From Pseudomonadales bacterium (GTDB taxonomy: Bacteria; Pseudomonadota; Gammaproteobacteria; Pseudomonadales; UBA5518): DNA of 64,000 nucleotides. The position numbers and the translations under genes are program-made. This document shows, piece by piece, positions 21,536 through 30,250 of this stretch; position 1 is the first letter of the stretch; the number at the start of each line of letters is the position of its first letter. The notes beneath the pieces were generated by a model. The model ran no database searches. It had not been told where the DNA came from and saw nothing but the letters and a program-made list of their open reading frames with translations. The stretch is from assembly GCA_024234165.1 (NCBI GenBank), contig JACKOP010000005.1:234078-298077 (forward strand). Direction: 5' to 3'.

Positions 21536-22824
21536 TGCCTGCTCCCGTTGGGTGATGAGGCCAGGCCTGCGCCACGCAGACTGAAGCTCGATGCGTGTCT
21601 GCCCATGACCTCGGTCTTGCGTACCTCGGTGAAGTACATCCAGATCAGCGACATCCAGACGACGCCGTAAAGGAACATGAAGGCGCTGGAACGCACCCCG
21701 GTGAAGTCGAGCAATGCGCCGAAGATGATCGGCAGGATGAAGCCGCCGAGCCCGCCGGCAAGGCCGACCACCCCCGAGATCACGCCGATGTTGTGCGGAT
21801 AGTCGTCGGAGATGTACTTGAACACCGACGCCTTGCCGAAGGCCCACGCAATGCCGAGCACGAACATCAGGATCGAGAATGGCCAGATGCCGAGCCCGAG
21901 ATGGAAGCTGCGCGGCCCGTCGACGGTGGTGATCGTGAAGTCGGTTTGCGGATAGCTGAGGATGAACAGGCAGATCCAGCTCACCCACAGCACCCACCAG
22001 GTGACCTGGTGTGCGCCATAACGGTCGGATAGCCAGCCGCCGATTGCGCGCAACACCCCGCCCGGCAGCGAGAAGCAGGCTGCGAGCAGCGCCGCGGCAC
22101 GGATATCCAGGCCAAACTCACCGACGTAGTACTGCACCATCCACAGGCTGAGCGCGACGTAGCCACCAAAGACGATCGAGTAGAACTGGCAGAGCTTCCA
22201 CACCTTCGGATCACGCAACACCGTCAACTGCTCGCGCCAGGTCACACCGGAGTCGACCCGGTGTGCGGGATCGGAGTACGAAAACATCCAGAACAGGACG
22301 GCGGTCACCAGCATCACCACCGCGTAGGTCTGCGGCACCAGGGTCCAGCCGAAGGCAACCACGATCGCAGGAGCAACGAACTTGTTCACCGCGGCGCCGG
22401 AATTGCCGGCGCCGTAGATTCCCATCGCGAAGCCCTGGCGTTCGCGCGCAAACCAGCGTGCGACGTAGGGTGTGCCGACCGAGAACGAGCCGCCGGCCAG
22501 ACCGACGAACAGACCGAGCACGAGGAACTGCCACAATTCGGTGGCGTAACCGATCAGCCAGATCGGCACCACGCACAGCATCATCAGGATGAACAGCACG
22601 ATGCGCCCGCCGAAGCGATCGGTCCACATGCCGAGCGGCACGCGCACCAGCGAACCGGTCAGCACCGGAGTTGCCGCCAGCAGCCCGAACTCGGTCGCAT
22701 TCAATCCCAGAGCGTCGCGGATCGGGATACCGATCACGCCGAACATCATCCAGACCATGAAGCACACCGTGAAAGCGAGCGTGCTCACGATCAGCACCGA
22801 AAGCGCCTGTGCATTCCTGTTCAT
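21532..22824 (-). CDS. narK1: nitrate transporter (NNP family MFS), NarK1-type
   Basis: Starts MNRNAQALSVLIVSTLAF. 430 aa. Its stop overlaps the narK2 start (ATGA). Confidence 0.9.
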   Translation of the reverse strand: MNRNAQALSVLIVSTLAFTVCFMVWMMFGVIGIPIRDALGLNATEFGLLAATPVLTGSLVRVPLGMWTDRFGGRIVLFILMMLCVVPIWLIGYATELWQFLVLGLFVGLAGGSFSVGTPYVARWFARERQGFAMGIYGAGNSGAAVNKFVAPAIVVAFGWTLVPQTYAVVMLVTAVLFWMFSYSDPAHRVDSGVTWREQLTVLRDPKVWKLCQFYSIVFGGYVALSLWMVQYYVGEFGLDIRAAALLAACFSLPGGVLRAIGGWLSDRYGAHQVTWWVLWVSWICLFILSYPQTDFTITTVDGPRSFHLGLGIWPFSILMFVLGIAWAFGKASVFKYISDDYPHNIGVISGVVGLAGGLGGFILPIIFGALLDFTGVRSSAFMFLYGVVWMSLIWMYFTEVRKTEVMGRHASSFSLRGAGLASSPNGSRQ

Positions 22825-23251
22825 CTGCGCCCCCCAATCGATGTGCCGACTGTAGGTGGCCGCGTCACGCCGCGGCATCCGCCGGCAGGGATGGGTCAGG
22901 CAAGGCAGAAGGAGGATGCGGCATCGTCCGAAGGAACTATGCCCATCGGCGGCGCGTCATCGTGACTCGACGGCGCAAGCTGACTGTTGGAGCAAGCAGC
23001 TCCCACGGGAGCGAGAGGAAATGGACGCCATGTTCTGGTCATCCGGCAGCATGCGTGCTATACGGCAAGTTGCCGCGAAAAAACACGGCGAACTTGCGAA
23101 CCTGATCGAAAGGAAAGACGAGCAGGATGTTGTTTTTCATGACTTTGGATTCTGGAGATTTTTTATCAGTGTTTGGATGGCGCTCGAAGTCGCTGCGTGC
23201 TAGATGGATGAGTGCCGTGTTACAACACGGACGATTCCCGTCCACTCACTG

Positions 23252-23624
23252 TTAGTTTCGCTCCGCTTTTCGTGCAGAAGACAAAGTTGATGCTGTTCAG
23301 CGCGCAGGCGTTGTTGCACCAGAAAGCGCTCGCCGTGATTTCGCCGAGTCGTGGTTCAAACCGAGCGGCTATCGGCCAACGGTGATATGCACCAGTTTTG
23401 GGGCATTTGCCGTTGTCAGCCGCTGACGTCAGTTGTTCCGCGCGCGACGGAGTCTGAGCCAGGCTTGTGTGCGTTTGGAGATATCGCAACGGGGCTTGCA
23501 AGCGTGTGGCCGCGCGCGGCAGAGTAAGGCTGGATAGCGCGCTGTGCGTGAAGTTTGGAAAGTCGAAACTAACCCATCGCTGCAGGCACGACGGCCCTGT
23601 CGGGCCGCGGCCTGAGCTCAAACG
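23252..23624 (+). mobile_element. gene cassette 1 (373 bp, no convincing ORF)
   Basis: Begins TTAGTT after G23251. Its attC R'' is AACTAAC, the exact complement of G+TTAGTT. Confidence 0.6.
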
Positions 23625-23630
23625 TTATGC
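23567..23630 (+). other. attC recombination site of cassette 1
   Basis: R'' is AACTAAC and R' is GTTATGC. Internal stems CAGGC/GCCTG and GGCCC/GGGCC. Confidence 0.7.
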
Positions 23631-23700
23631 GCTCTTGTGGCCGCGCAGCCTGATTCATGTGAAAATCTACGCCATTCTTCCTAGTCGGCACCCAATCTCC

Positions 23701-24339
23701 ATGAAATCCCCGAAGTTTGACCGTTCTAAGCATGTGTACCGAAACGATGCGTTCGCCGAATTGGTAAAGGACGCAGTTCGTTTCTTCAACGGGACCCCGG
23801 TTCATACGCTGCCTCCCCCAGAAGAATTTTTTGGAACGGGGGTATATGCGTTGTATTACACGGGCAAGAATCCGCAATACAAAAAGTACGCAGACCTAAA
23901 TCGGCTGGCTTACAGCCATCCAATTTATGTTGGCAAGGCTGTGCCAAAAGGCTGGCGGCAATCGCGAATCTCAGATGGCGAGGGGGTGCAGTCGAAGGAA
24001 CTGTATACGCGGTTGCGCGAGCATTCGAGGAGTATTACGCAGGGTGCCGGCTTAGAGCTTAAGGATTTCTCCAGCCGTTTCGTAATCTTCGAAAAAGAAG
24101 GCTCCGATATGATCGGAACCATTGAGGCTGCGCTAATTAAGTTAAACCGGCCGCTTTGGAATACCGCTGTTGATGGGTTTGGCAATCATGATCCCGGTAG
24201 TGGGCGCTATGAGCAGGCCAAGTCAGATTGGGATGTCATCCATCCTGGTCGATCTTGGGCAGAAAAATGTAATGGCCGTCCTACAGACAAGCGCACGATT
24301 CTCAGCAATATTGAGCGTCATCTTAAAAGTCTCGGGTGA
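23701..24339 (+). CDS. GIY-YIG restriction endonuclease, Eco29kI-like
   Basis: KFDRSKHVYRND, GVYALYYTG, PIYVGKAVPKGWRQSRI, IEAALIKLNRPLWNT, WDVIHPGRSWAEKC. From memory this resembles Eco29kI. It is immediately upstream of a C5-methyltransferase. Confidence 0.8.
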   Translation: MKSPKFDRSKHVYRNDAFAELVKDAVRFFNGTPVHTLPPPEEFFGTGVYALYYTGKNPQYKKYADLNRLAYSHPIYVGKAVPKGWRQSRISDGEGVQSKELYTRLREHSRSITQGAGLELKDFSSRFVIFEKEGSDMIGTIEAALIKLNRPLWNTAVDGFGNHDPGSGRYEQAKSDWDVIHPGRSWAEKCNGRPTDKRTILSNIERHLKSLG

Positions 24340-25511
24340 TTGCAATGCGTTCTTTGGAAGTGTTCTCGGGGGCCGGCGGCCTCGCAAAGGGCCTTGAGCA
24401 AGCGGGCTTCGAGCACTCTGCTTTTGTAGAGTTCAACAAGCATGCATGTGCATCACTCTCAGAGAACTTCACGCCAGAGAGAGTTTTCTTTGGAGACATA
24501 AGAGATTTTGATTTGGGTAGCGTGGGGTCTGTTGATGTTGTTGCAGGTGGCCCGCCGTGTCAGCCGTTCTCTCTTGGTGGCAAGCACAAAGCAGATCAAG
24601 ATGATCGAGACATGTTTCCTTATGCCATTAGAGCAATTGAGTTCCTTACGCCTAAGGCCTTTGTTTTTGAGAACGTAAAGGGCCTGCTTAGGCCAAGTTT
24701 CGCTGAGTATTTTGAATACATTATTCTTCGCCTTACTTATCCGGGCTTCTCAGCGAAGCCAAAGATGGCGTGGCAAGATCATCTGGCGCAACTTAGAGCG
24801 GCGAACAAGTTCGCGTACGCCGGCGTTAAGTATGACGTTCAATATAAACTCATAAACGCTGCGGACTATGGCGTTCCTCAAACCCGCGAGCGTGTGGTTA
24901 TCGTTGGAATTCGTTCAGACCTTAAGAAAACATGGTCCTTCCCGGCTGCAACACACTCGGAAGATCGGCTGCTTTGGGAAATGCATGTGTCGGGAGAGTA
25001 CTGGCGGCGGCACCGAGTGGCGCTTGCAAAGCGCCCCAGCATCGAACCGTCCATGCAAGAGCGGATCGCGCGCATCAACGAGCGTTATGGGCTCTTTGAG
25101 CCCGAACTTCTACCTTGGAAAACTGTGCGAGACGCGCTCCATGACGTTCCTGATCCACGGAGCAAGCATGGCATTGCAGACCACATCTTTAAGGATGGGG
25201 CGCGTAGTTACGCTGGCCACACTGGCAGTGATTATGACTGGCCTTCAAAGACCATTAAGGCCGGAGGCCATGGCGTGCCGGGCGGGGAGAACATGATCCG
25301 CTACGCGGATGAAAGCATTCGCTACTTCACCGTCTTTGAAGCAAAACGCATCCAAACCTTCCCGGATGATTTCATTATCAAAGGTGCGTGGGGCGAGGCA
25401 ATGCGTCAAATTGGCAACGCCGTCCCGGTTGCTCTAGGTGAAGTCTTTGGCACCCATCTTTGGTCGCTGCTCTCGAAAAAATATTCCGCTGCTAAGGCGT
25501 CTGCCAAGTAA
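24336..25511 (+). CDS. DNA (cytosine-5)-methyltransferase
   Basis: LEVFSGAGGL (motif I), GGPPCQPFS (motif IV), ENVKGL (motif VI), QTRERV, and GNAVPV (motif X). The GTG at 24336 overlaps the upstream stop. An alternative ATG lies at 24345. Confidence 0.93.
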   Translation: MIAMRSLEVFSGAGGLAKGLEQAGFEHSAFVEFNKHACASLSENFTPERVFFGDIRDFDLGSVGSVDVVAGGPPCQPFSLGGKHKADQDDRDMFPYAIRAIEFLTPKAFVFENVKGLLRPSFAEYFEYIILRLTYPGFSAKPKMAWQDHLAQLRAANKFAYAGVKYDVQYKLINAADYGVPQTRERVVIVGIRSDLKKTWSFPAATHSEDRLLWEMHVSGEYWRRHRVALAKRPSIEPSMQERIARINERYGLFEPELLPWKTVRDALHDVPDPRSKHGIADHIFKDGARSYAGHTGSDYDWPSKTIKAGGHGVPGGENMIRYADESIRYFTVFEAKRIQTFPDDFIIKGAWGEAMRQIGNAVPVALGEVFGTHLWSLLSKKYSAAKASAK

Positions 25512-25535
25512 TTGGCAATTAGTTTGAGTGTTCGC

Positions 25536-25589
25536 GCATAACGAATAGGGATAGGTCGCGCGCAGCCGCGACCTGATCCCGGGTTGAAC
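25536..25589 (+). other. attC recombination site of the R-M cassette
   Basis: GCATAAC-GAATAGGGATAGGTCGCG-CGCAGC-CGCGACCTGATCCCGG-GTTGAAC. The R'' GCATAAC is the complement of the cassette start G|TTATGC at 23624-23630. Confidence 0.85.
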
Positions 25590-25813
25590 AAGCCCGTGCC
25601 CTGGAGTGGCGAACGCTTTTTTATAGGGGAAAGCTTTTCGGACGTGTGAGGGCATCGTTGCCCGATCAGGCGGATGATTTTCACCAGACGAACGCGGCCC
25701 GCACCCGCGAGCGCAGCGTGTCTTGCCTGTCTGGATCCATCAGTGGCGCGAGGTCCTCCTCGGGAGTGGATTGCCGGCGAGCACACCACGCTCTCCGGGC
25801 CAGCGGATCATGT
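25584..25813 (-). mobile_element. truncated second copy of the recombinase/IS91 unit (transposase-distal end only)
   Basis: It is the reverse complement of about 31300-31536, with few mismatches. IS66 cuts it at 25814. Confidence 0.75.
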
Positions 25814-25834
25814 GTAAGCGGTCAAACGACGCCG

Positions 25835-27448
25835 TTATATCTTTCCGCAGGCGAGTATGGATTTCATGGGATCGTGGGCGAAGCGTGCCTTCCATTCTCG
25901 CGGCGTGAGCTCGACCGCCCGACTCGCCGGATGCACGCTGATGCGCTGCAGCACATCGACCAGGTAGGTGTAAGGATCCACGCCCTGTAGGCGGCAACTC
26001 ACCAGCAGGCTCTGGATAACCGCTACCCGCTCGGCACCGACCTCGGTCCAACAGAAGAGCCAATTGCGCCGTCCCATTGGAACCGCCCGCAGGCTGCGCT
26101 CCAGGTGGTTGGTGTCGATCGGCACATCCGGATCCGACAAGAACACCCGCAGGCTCGTCACCCGCGCCTTCGCGTACTGGATCGCCTTGGCGAGCGGGTT
26201 ACTCGGCAACAGATCCATGCGGTGGCACTGGTCGTCACACCAGTGCCAGAAGCGGTCGACGATCGGCTCGCTGTGCTGTGTTCGGTAAGCGAGCTTGTGT
26301 TCCCGGTCCAGGTTCTGTTCCCGGATGATCTGCTCGTGCCGGTACAGCGCGGCAATCATCGCCAGCGCCTCGGCCGCCGCCTGCGGTTCGGCATCCTGTG
26401 CCTGCTCGAAGCCTCGGCGGCAATGCGCCCAACAACTCGCGTGGGTAACGCCACCTTTGCGTGCCGCATAGGCGCTGTAGGCGGCGTAGCCGTCCGAGAG
26501 CAGCGTTCCCCGGAAGTCCGGCCCCAGGATTTTCTCGACATGGTGGTGCGCCCGGGTCGGCGCGTAGTGGAAGACGATCTCGTCGTCCTCGCCGTAGATC
26601 GGCCAGAGGTAGGCTGGCGCATCTTGCCCTGCTTCTCGCGTCCGCCTTGATCGGGGTCTCGTCCATCGCCACCACCGATCCGATCCGAGGAGGATGTGGG
26701 CGTGCTGGGCCGCTGCGATGGGGCGCAGCAGATCGATGGCCCGTCCGCTCCAGTTGCTGAGGCTGGTACGGCTCAGCTGGATGCCGCACTGGGCGATCCG
26801 CTGGTGCTGGCGATACAGCGGCAGGTGGTAGCAGAACTTGTCGACGAGCATTCCGGCCAGCAGGCTCACATCGGCCACGCAGCGCTCGAGCACGCTTGCC
26901 GGTGCCGGGGTGCTGACGATGCGCTGCTCTTCGACCAGCTTCCGGTCTGGTAGTGGTACTCGATGATCCCGTAGCTGCCCGGGCGTTGCGCCGCGGCGGT
27001 AGCTGACGCGCTCGGAGACCAGCTCGCGCCGATCCTCGGGTACGGCAGCAATCGCTGGATCGACGATGGTGACCACGTCGCGGGTGACATCCGGGCCAAA
27101 GCGCAATCCTGAGTCGTTCACCGCCGCATCGCGCACCTTGCGCTGGCGCGTGTAGGTGATCGACTGCTCGGGAGGCGGTGGGGATTTCTGCGGAGGTTCA
27201 AGCACACCGAGCGCATCGAGCAGGTTGCCCTGTACGGCGGGATCGATGACCAGTTGCTTTTCGCTCTTCTGCCCGAAGAGCTGGCGCTTGAACCAGTCGA
27301 GCTGCTGCTTCAGCGTTGCAATCTCGGCGCCGTACTGCTGCTTCAGCGTGCCGAGTTCCGTGCCAAACTTCTGCGTCATCGCGACCATCTGCACCGTAAG
27401 TTGCGCATTGGTTTGTTCGAGTTCGGCGATGCGCGAAGCGGTGTTCAA
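25835..27448 (-). pseudogene. IS66 TnpC transposase with two compensated frameshift patches
   Basis: Compared with copy 2, VVAMDETPIKAGREKQGKMRQ is replaced by out-of-frame DRWWRWTRPRSRRTREAGQDAP. LAQRPGSYGIIEYHYQTW is replaced by RGATPGQLRDHRVPLPDR. Confidence 0.75.
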
Positions 27449-27502
27449 GGGCGGAAAATACTGCAGGAAAACCGTGCCGCCATTGTACCGGAATGCCCCT
27501 GC

Positions 27503-27862
27503 TCATGCCGCTGTTCGGTAGCGTTTTCGCTGCCTTTTTATCTCGACGTCGACGCCTTCGAGCAGCGCCAGAAACTCGGTGGCGCACAGCGCACGTTTCA
27601 CGCGTCCATCGCGTGTCATCAGGCGGGCAAAGTGTCCGCGCTCGAGTCGCTTCGACCAGATCCAGTAGCCGCCCGTCTCGAAGCCGAGCACCTTGATCTG
27701 CGTGGCGCGGCGGTTGAGAAACGCGAACCATTGGCTGCTACTGCCCAGCGGGTCTTCTCCCAGGTGTTGCTTCACCCGCGCCGACAACCCATCGAACGAG
27801 CAGCGCATGTCGGTGGGCTCCAGACACAGCCAGATGCGCGATGCGCTGCTGACGCTCAGCAT
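27503..27862 (-). CDS. IS66 Orf2 (TnpB)
   Basis: MLSVSSASRIWLCLEPTDMRCSFDGLSARV. 119 aa, intact. Confidence 0.85.
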   Translation of the reverse strand: MLSVSSASRIWLCLEPTDMRCSFDGLSARVKQHLGEDPLGSSSQWFAFLNRRATQIKVLGFETGGYWIWSKRLERGHFARLMTRDGRVKRALCATEFLALLEGVDVEIKRQRKRYRTAA

Positions 27863-28200
27863 GGCGCGTCCCGGCGCAGCCGCAGCACAACGCCTGCGCC
27901 CAAATCAAGCTCTACTTCCCATGCGGGTGCGGCCGGTGACGCCTCGGTCTTGTCGACTATCGGTGCGGTCAATTCGACAAACAGCGCTTCAGGCCGAACA
28001 CCAACAGCGTCAACAACCCGTGCTCCGCGCAGCTTGCGCCGCCACAGCTCGAAGGTGCTCTTCGCCAGGCCGTGGCGGGTGCAGAACGCCTGCTGCGAAA
28101 CACCGCTTGCCTCGAACTCGCTGATCAACGCGCGCCACCGTGCCGCGCTGTGACGCGCATACTTGCGCACAGAACCTGAACCCGTCGATGCCGAACCCAT
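27856..28200 (-). CDS. IS66 Orf1 (TnpA, HTH)
   Basis: MGSASTGSGSVRKYARHSAARWRALISEFEASGVSQQAFCTRHGLAKSTFELWRRKL. Confidence 0.75.
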   Translation of the reverse strand: MGSASTGSGSVRKYARHSAARWRALISEFEASGVSQQAFCTRHGLAKSTFELWRRKLRGARVVDAVGVRPEALFVELTAPIVDKTEASPAAPAWEVELDLGAGVVLRLRRDAPC

Positions 28201-28288
28201 GGCGATACTCCTCCAACACCACTTCGTTGAAGCAGAGCATCGCGAAGGTTCAGACGGCATAACAGAACGGCGTGGTTTGGACGGTTAC

Positions 28289-28876
28289 CGCCTGATGGCG
28301 ATGCTCGAGGGCTGCGCAGAGCTCACGCTCGAGCGGCTGAACGAGGCCACGCAGGCCTGGGTCGAGATGGAGTACAACCGCCGTTCTCACAGCGAACTCG
28401 GCTGTTCTCCGCTGGCACGCTACGGCGACGGCACCGATGTCGGACGCGAGTGCCCCGGGAGCGAGCGGCTGCGCCAGGCGTTTCGCACCGAAGCCGTGCG
28501 CACCCAGCGGCGCTCCGACGGCACGTTCTCGCTCGAAGGCACACGCTTCGAGGTGCCCTCGCGCTACCGCCACCTCGCACGGCTCACGGTGCGCTACGCG
28601 CGCTGGGACCTGCGCACGGTCGAGCTGATCGATCCGCTGAGCGGGACGCCGATCTGTGCGCCCTACCCGCTGGACAAGACGGCTCACGCCAGCGCCGCGA
28701 GGCGCCTGCACGCAGTGCGCACGCCTCCGGTACCCGTGCTGCCCGACCCGCCGGCGCACAGCCCCATGGCGCCGCTGTTGCGCGCGCTCATGGTCGAGTA
28801 TGCCGCCACCGGGCTGCCCCCGGCCTACGTGCCCCTGTCCAACGACGCACCCCTTGCCGAGGATCCGCTGCGATGA
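28289..28876 (+). pseudogene. 5'-truncated Mu/Tn552-like DDE transposase (end of rve core plus Mu-transposase C-terminal domain)
   Basis: Begins abruptly at the IS66 end. WVEMEYNRRSHSELG and LTVRYARWDLRTVELID motifs. Confidence 0.65.
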
Positions 28877-29199
28877 ACAAGCAACTGCTCGCCCTTTATG
28901 GTCTGAAGTGGAATCCCTTCTCGCCCGAACTGCCCACCGAGGCGCTGCGCCTCACGCCGGCGGTGGAGAACTTCGCCTGGCGTATCGAGCACGCGCTCGT
29001 GCGCGAAGGCGGCTTCGCGCTGATCAGCGGCGATGTCGGTACGGGCAAGAGCGTGGCGCTGCGTCTGATCGCCGAGCGCCTCGCCCCCGTGCCGGATCTG
29101 ACCGTTGCCGCACTCACGCACCCGAGCGCCAACCTCGCCGACTTCTACCGCGAGCTCGGTGATCTGTTCGCCGTGGAGCTGCGCCCGCACAACCGCTGG
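28873..29199 (+). pseudogene. ExeA/TniB-like AAA ATPase, N-terminal fragment
   Basis: MNKQLLALYGLKWNPFSPELP, with Walker A GDVGTGKS. The reading frame is broken after ...RPHNRW by the 29200-31577 insertion. Confidence 0.75.
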
Positions 29200-29311
29200 T
29201 TGAACGAAGCCGCTTCGCGGCAGGAACAAGACGAGAAGAACGAGACGCCAAAACCGGGAAACTTCTCCGGCACCCCCAGGCCCGGGTGTGCATCACCAAA
29301 GGAGAAGCGAC

Positions 29312-30217
29312 ATGGATTCATCGGAGCAAACCCGTTTTGACGCACTGTACGCGAAGCATCTTAGAGCACTGAAGCTTCAAGGCAAGGCAGCGAAGACGAT
29401 CGATGGTTACGCACGAGTGCTGCGCCGGGTAGCCGCACACTTCGATCGCTGTCCGGATCGACTGGACGCGGAAGACTTCAAGTCCTACTTCGCCTCGCTG
29501 ATCGACGAGCGATCGTGGAGCCTGGTGAAGATCGAACGCTGCGGACTGCAGTTCTTCTACGAACACGTCCTGGAGCGGGAGTGGCCGTGGGTGGGCATGC
29601 TCAAGCCGCCGGTGGTGCACGCGCTGCCCGATGTGCTCAGCGTCGACGAGGTCGCACAGATCATCCGGGCGAGTCGCGAGCGGCGCTACCGGACGTTCTG
29701 GCTGACGACCTACAGCCTGGGCCTGCGTCTGGGCGAAGCGCTGCGGTTGCGGATCGGTGATATCGACAGCGCCCGTGCCCAGGTCCATATCCGCAGCGGC
29801 AAGGGGCACAAGGACCGCTTCGTGGTGCTGCCGGCACTGACCCTGCAGTGCCTGCGCCGCTACTGGCGTGATCATCGCCACCATGAGCTGTTGTTTCCAG
29901 GGCGTGCTGGACCGCAGGGTATTCCGGCTGCCACCTTCATGGATCGCGGCAGCACCCAGAAGGCGTTTGCCCGTGTCGTGGCCGACTGCGGCATCCGCAA
30001 GCGGGTGTCGATCCACAGTCTTCGCCATGCCTACGCCACCCACCTCATCGAAGTCGGCCTGAATCTGCGCGGTGTGCAGGAACTGCTCGGTCATGCCTGC
30101 CCGAAAACCACGGCGCGCTATGTGCACATGACGGACAAGTGCCGTGATGATCGCCGCGTGCTGATCGACGGCTTGATGGGCGAGTTGCACCAGCGTCTGC
30201 GGGAGGCTCGGTCATGA
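29312..30217 (+). CDS. tyrosine recombinase (XerD/IntI-like, without the IntI-specific insertion)
   Basis: AAGGAG sits 7 nt upstream of the ATG. LQFFYEHVLEREWPW, GLRLGEALRLRIGDID, GKGHKDR, SLRHAYATHL, LLGHACPKTTARYVH (R-K-H-R-H-Y set). Confidence 0.85.
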   Translation: MDSSEQTRFDALYAKHLRALKLQGKAAKTIDGYARVLRRVAAHFDRCPDRLDAEDFKSYFASLIDERSWSLVKIERCGLQFFYEHVLEREWPWVGMLKPPVVHALPDVLSVDEVAQIIRASRERRYRTFWLTTYSLGLRLGEALRLRIGDIDSARAQVHIRSGKGHKDRFVVLPALTLQCLRRYWRDHRHHELLFPGRAGPQGIPAATFMDRGSTQKAFARVVADCGIRKRVSIHSLRHAYATHLIEVGLNLRGVQELLGHACPKTTARYVHMTDKCRDDRRVLIDGLMGELHQRLREARS

Positions 30218-30250
30218 CCCAAGCCCTCGCCCCCCCTGCGTCTGGCCGAG

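Larger units (their letters stand above)
25814..28288 (-). mobile_element. IS66-family insertion sequence, copy 1 (no target-site duplication)
   Basis: Terminal inverted repeats GTAAGCGGTCAAACGACGCCGT ... ACGGCGTGGTTTGGACGGTTAC, with the three-ORF IS66 organisation. The flanks GATCATGT and CGCCTGAT differ. Confidence 0.9.

Noticed and set aside
22856-23245. ORFs 22856-23203 (+) and 23039-23245 (-) in the narK1 upstream region
   Set aside because: They lie in an AT-rich promoter-like region. Neither has a ribosome-binding site or a recognisable family, and they overlap each other.
22825-23250. FNR/ANR box and NarL heptamers in the narK1 upstream region
   Set aside because: The best candidates are TTGTTtttcATGAC at about 23130 and TTGCGaaccTGATC at about 23093. 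They match TTGAT-N4-ATCAA too poorly to be called by eye.
23195-23257. An attI site or a complete attC immediately left of cassette 1
   Set aside because: There is a hairpin (CCGTGTT-AC-AACACGG) and a GAGTG/CACTC pairing ahead of G|TTAGTT, but no RYYYAAC box. The region is more simply explained as the native narL terminator region.
23220-23621. The 133-aa minus-strand ORF filling cassette 1
   Set aside because: It spans both attC crossover points, has a Ser/Thr/Ala/Leu-rich low-complexity composition, and has no start context.
29312-30217. The tyrosine recombinase as the missing integron integrase IntI of the array
   Set aside because: It lies inside a mobile unit in the middle of the array, not next to an attI at the array head. 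It also lacks the roughly 35-aa IntI-specific insertion between the KDR patch and box II.
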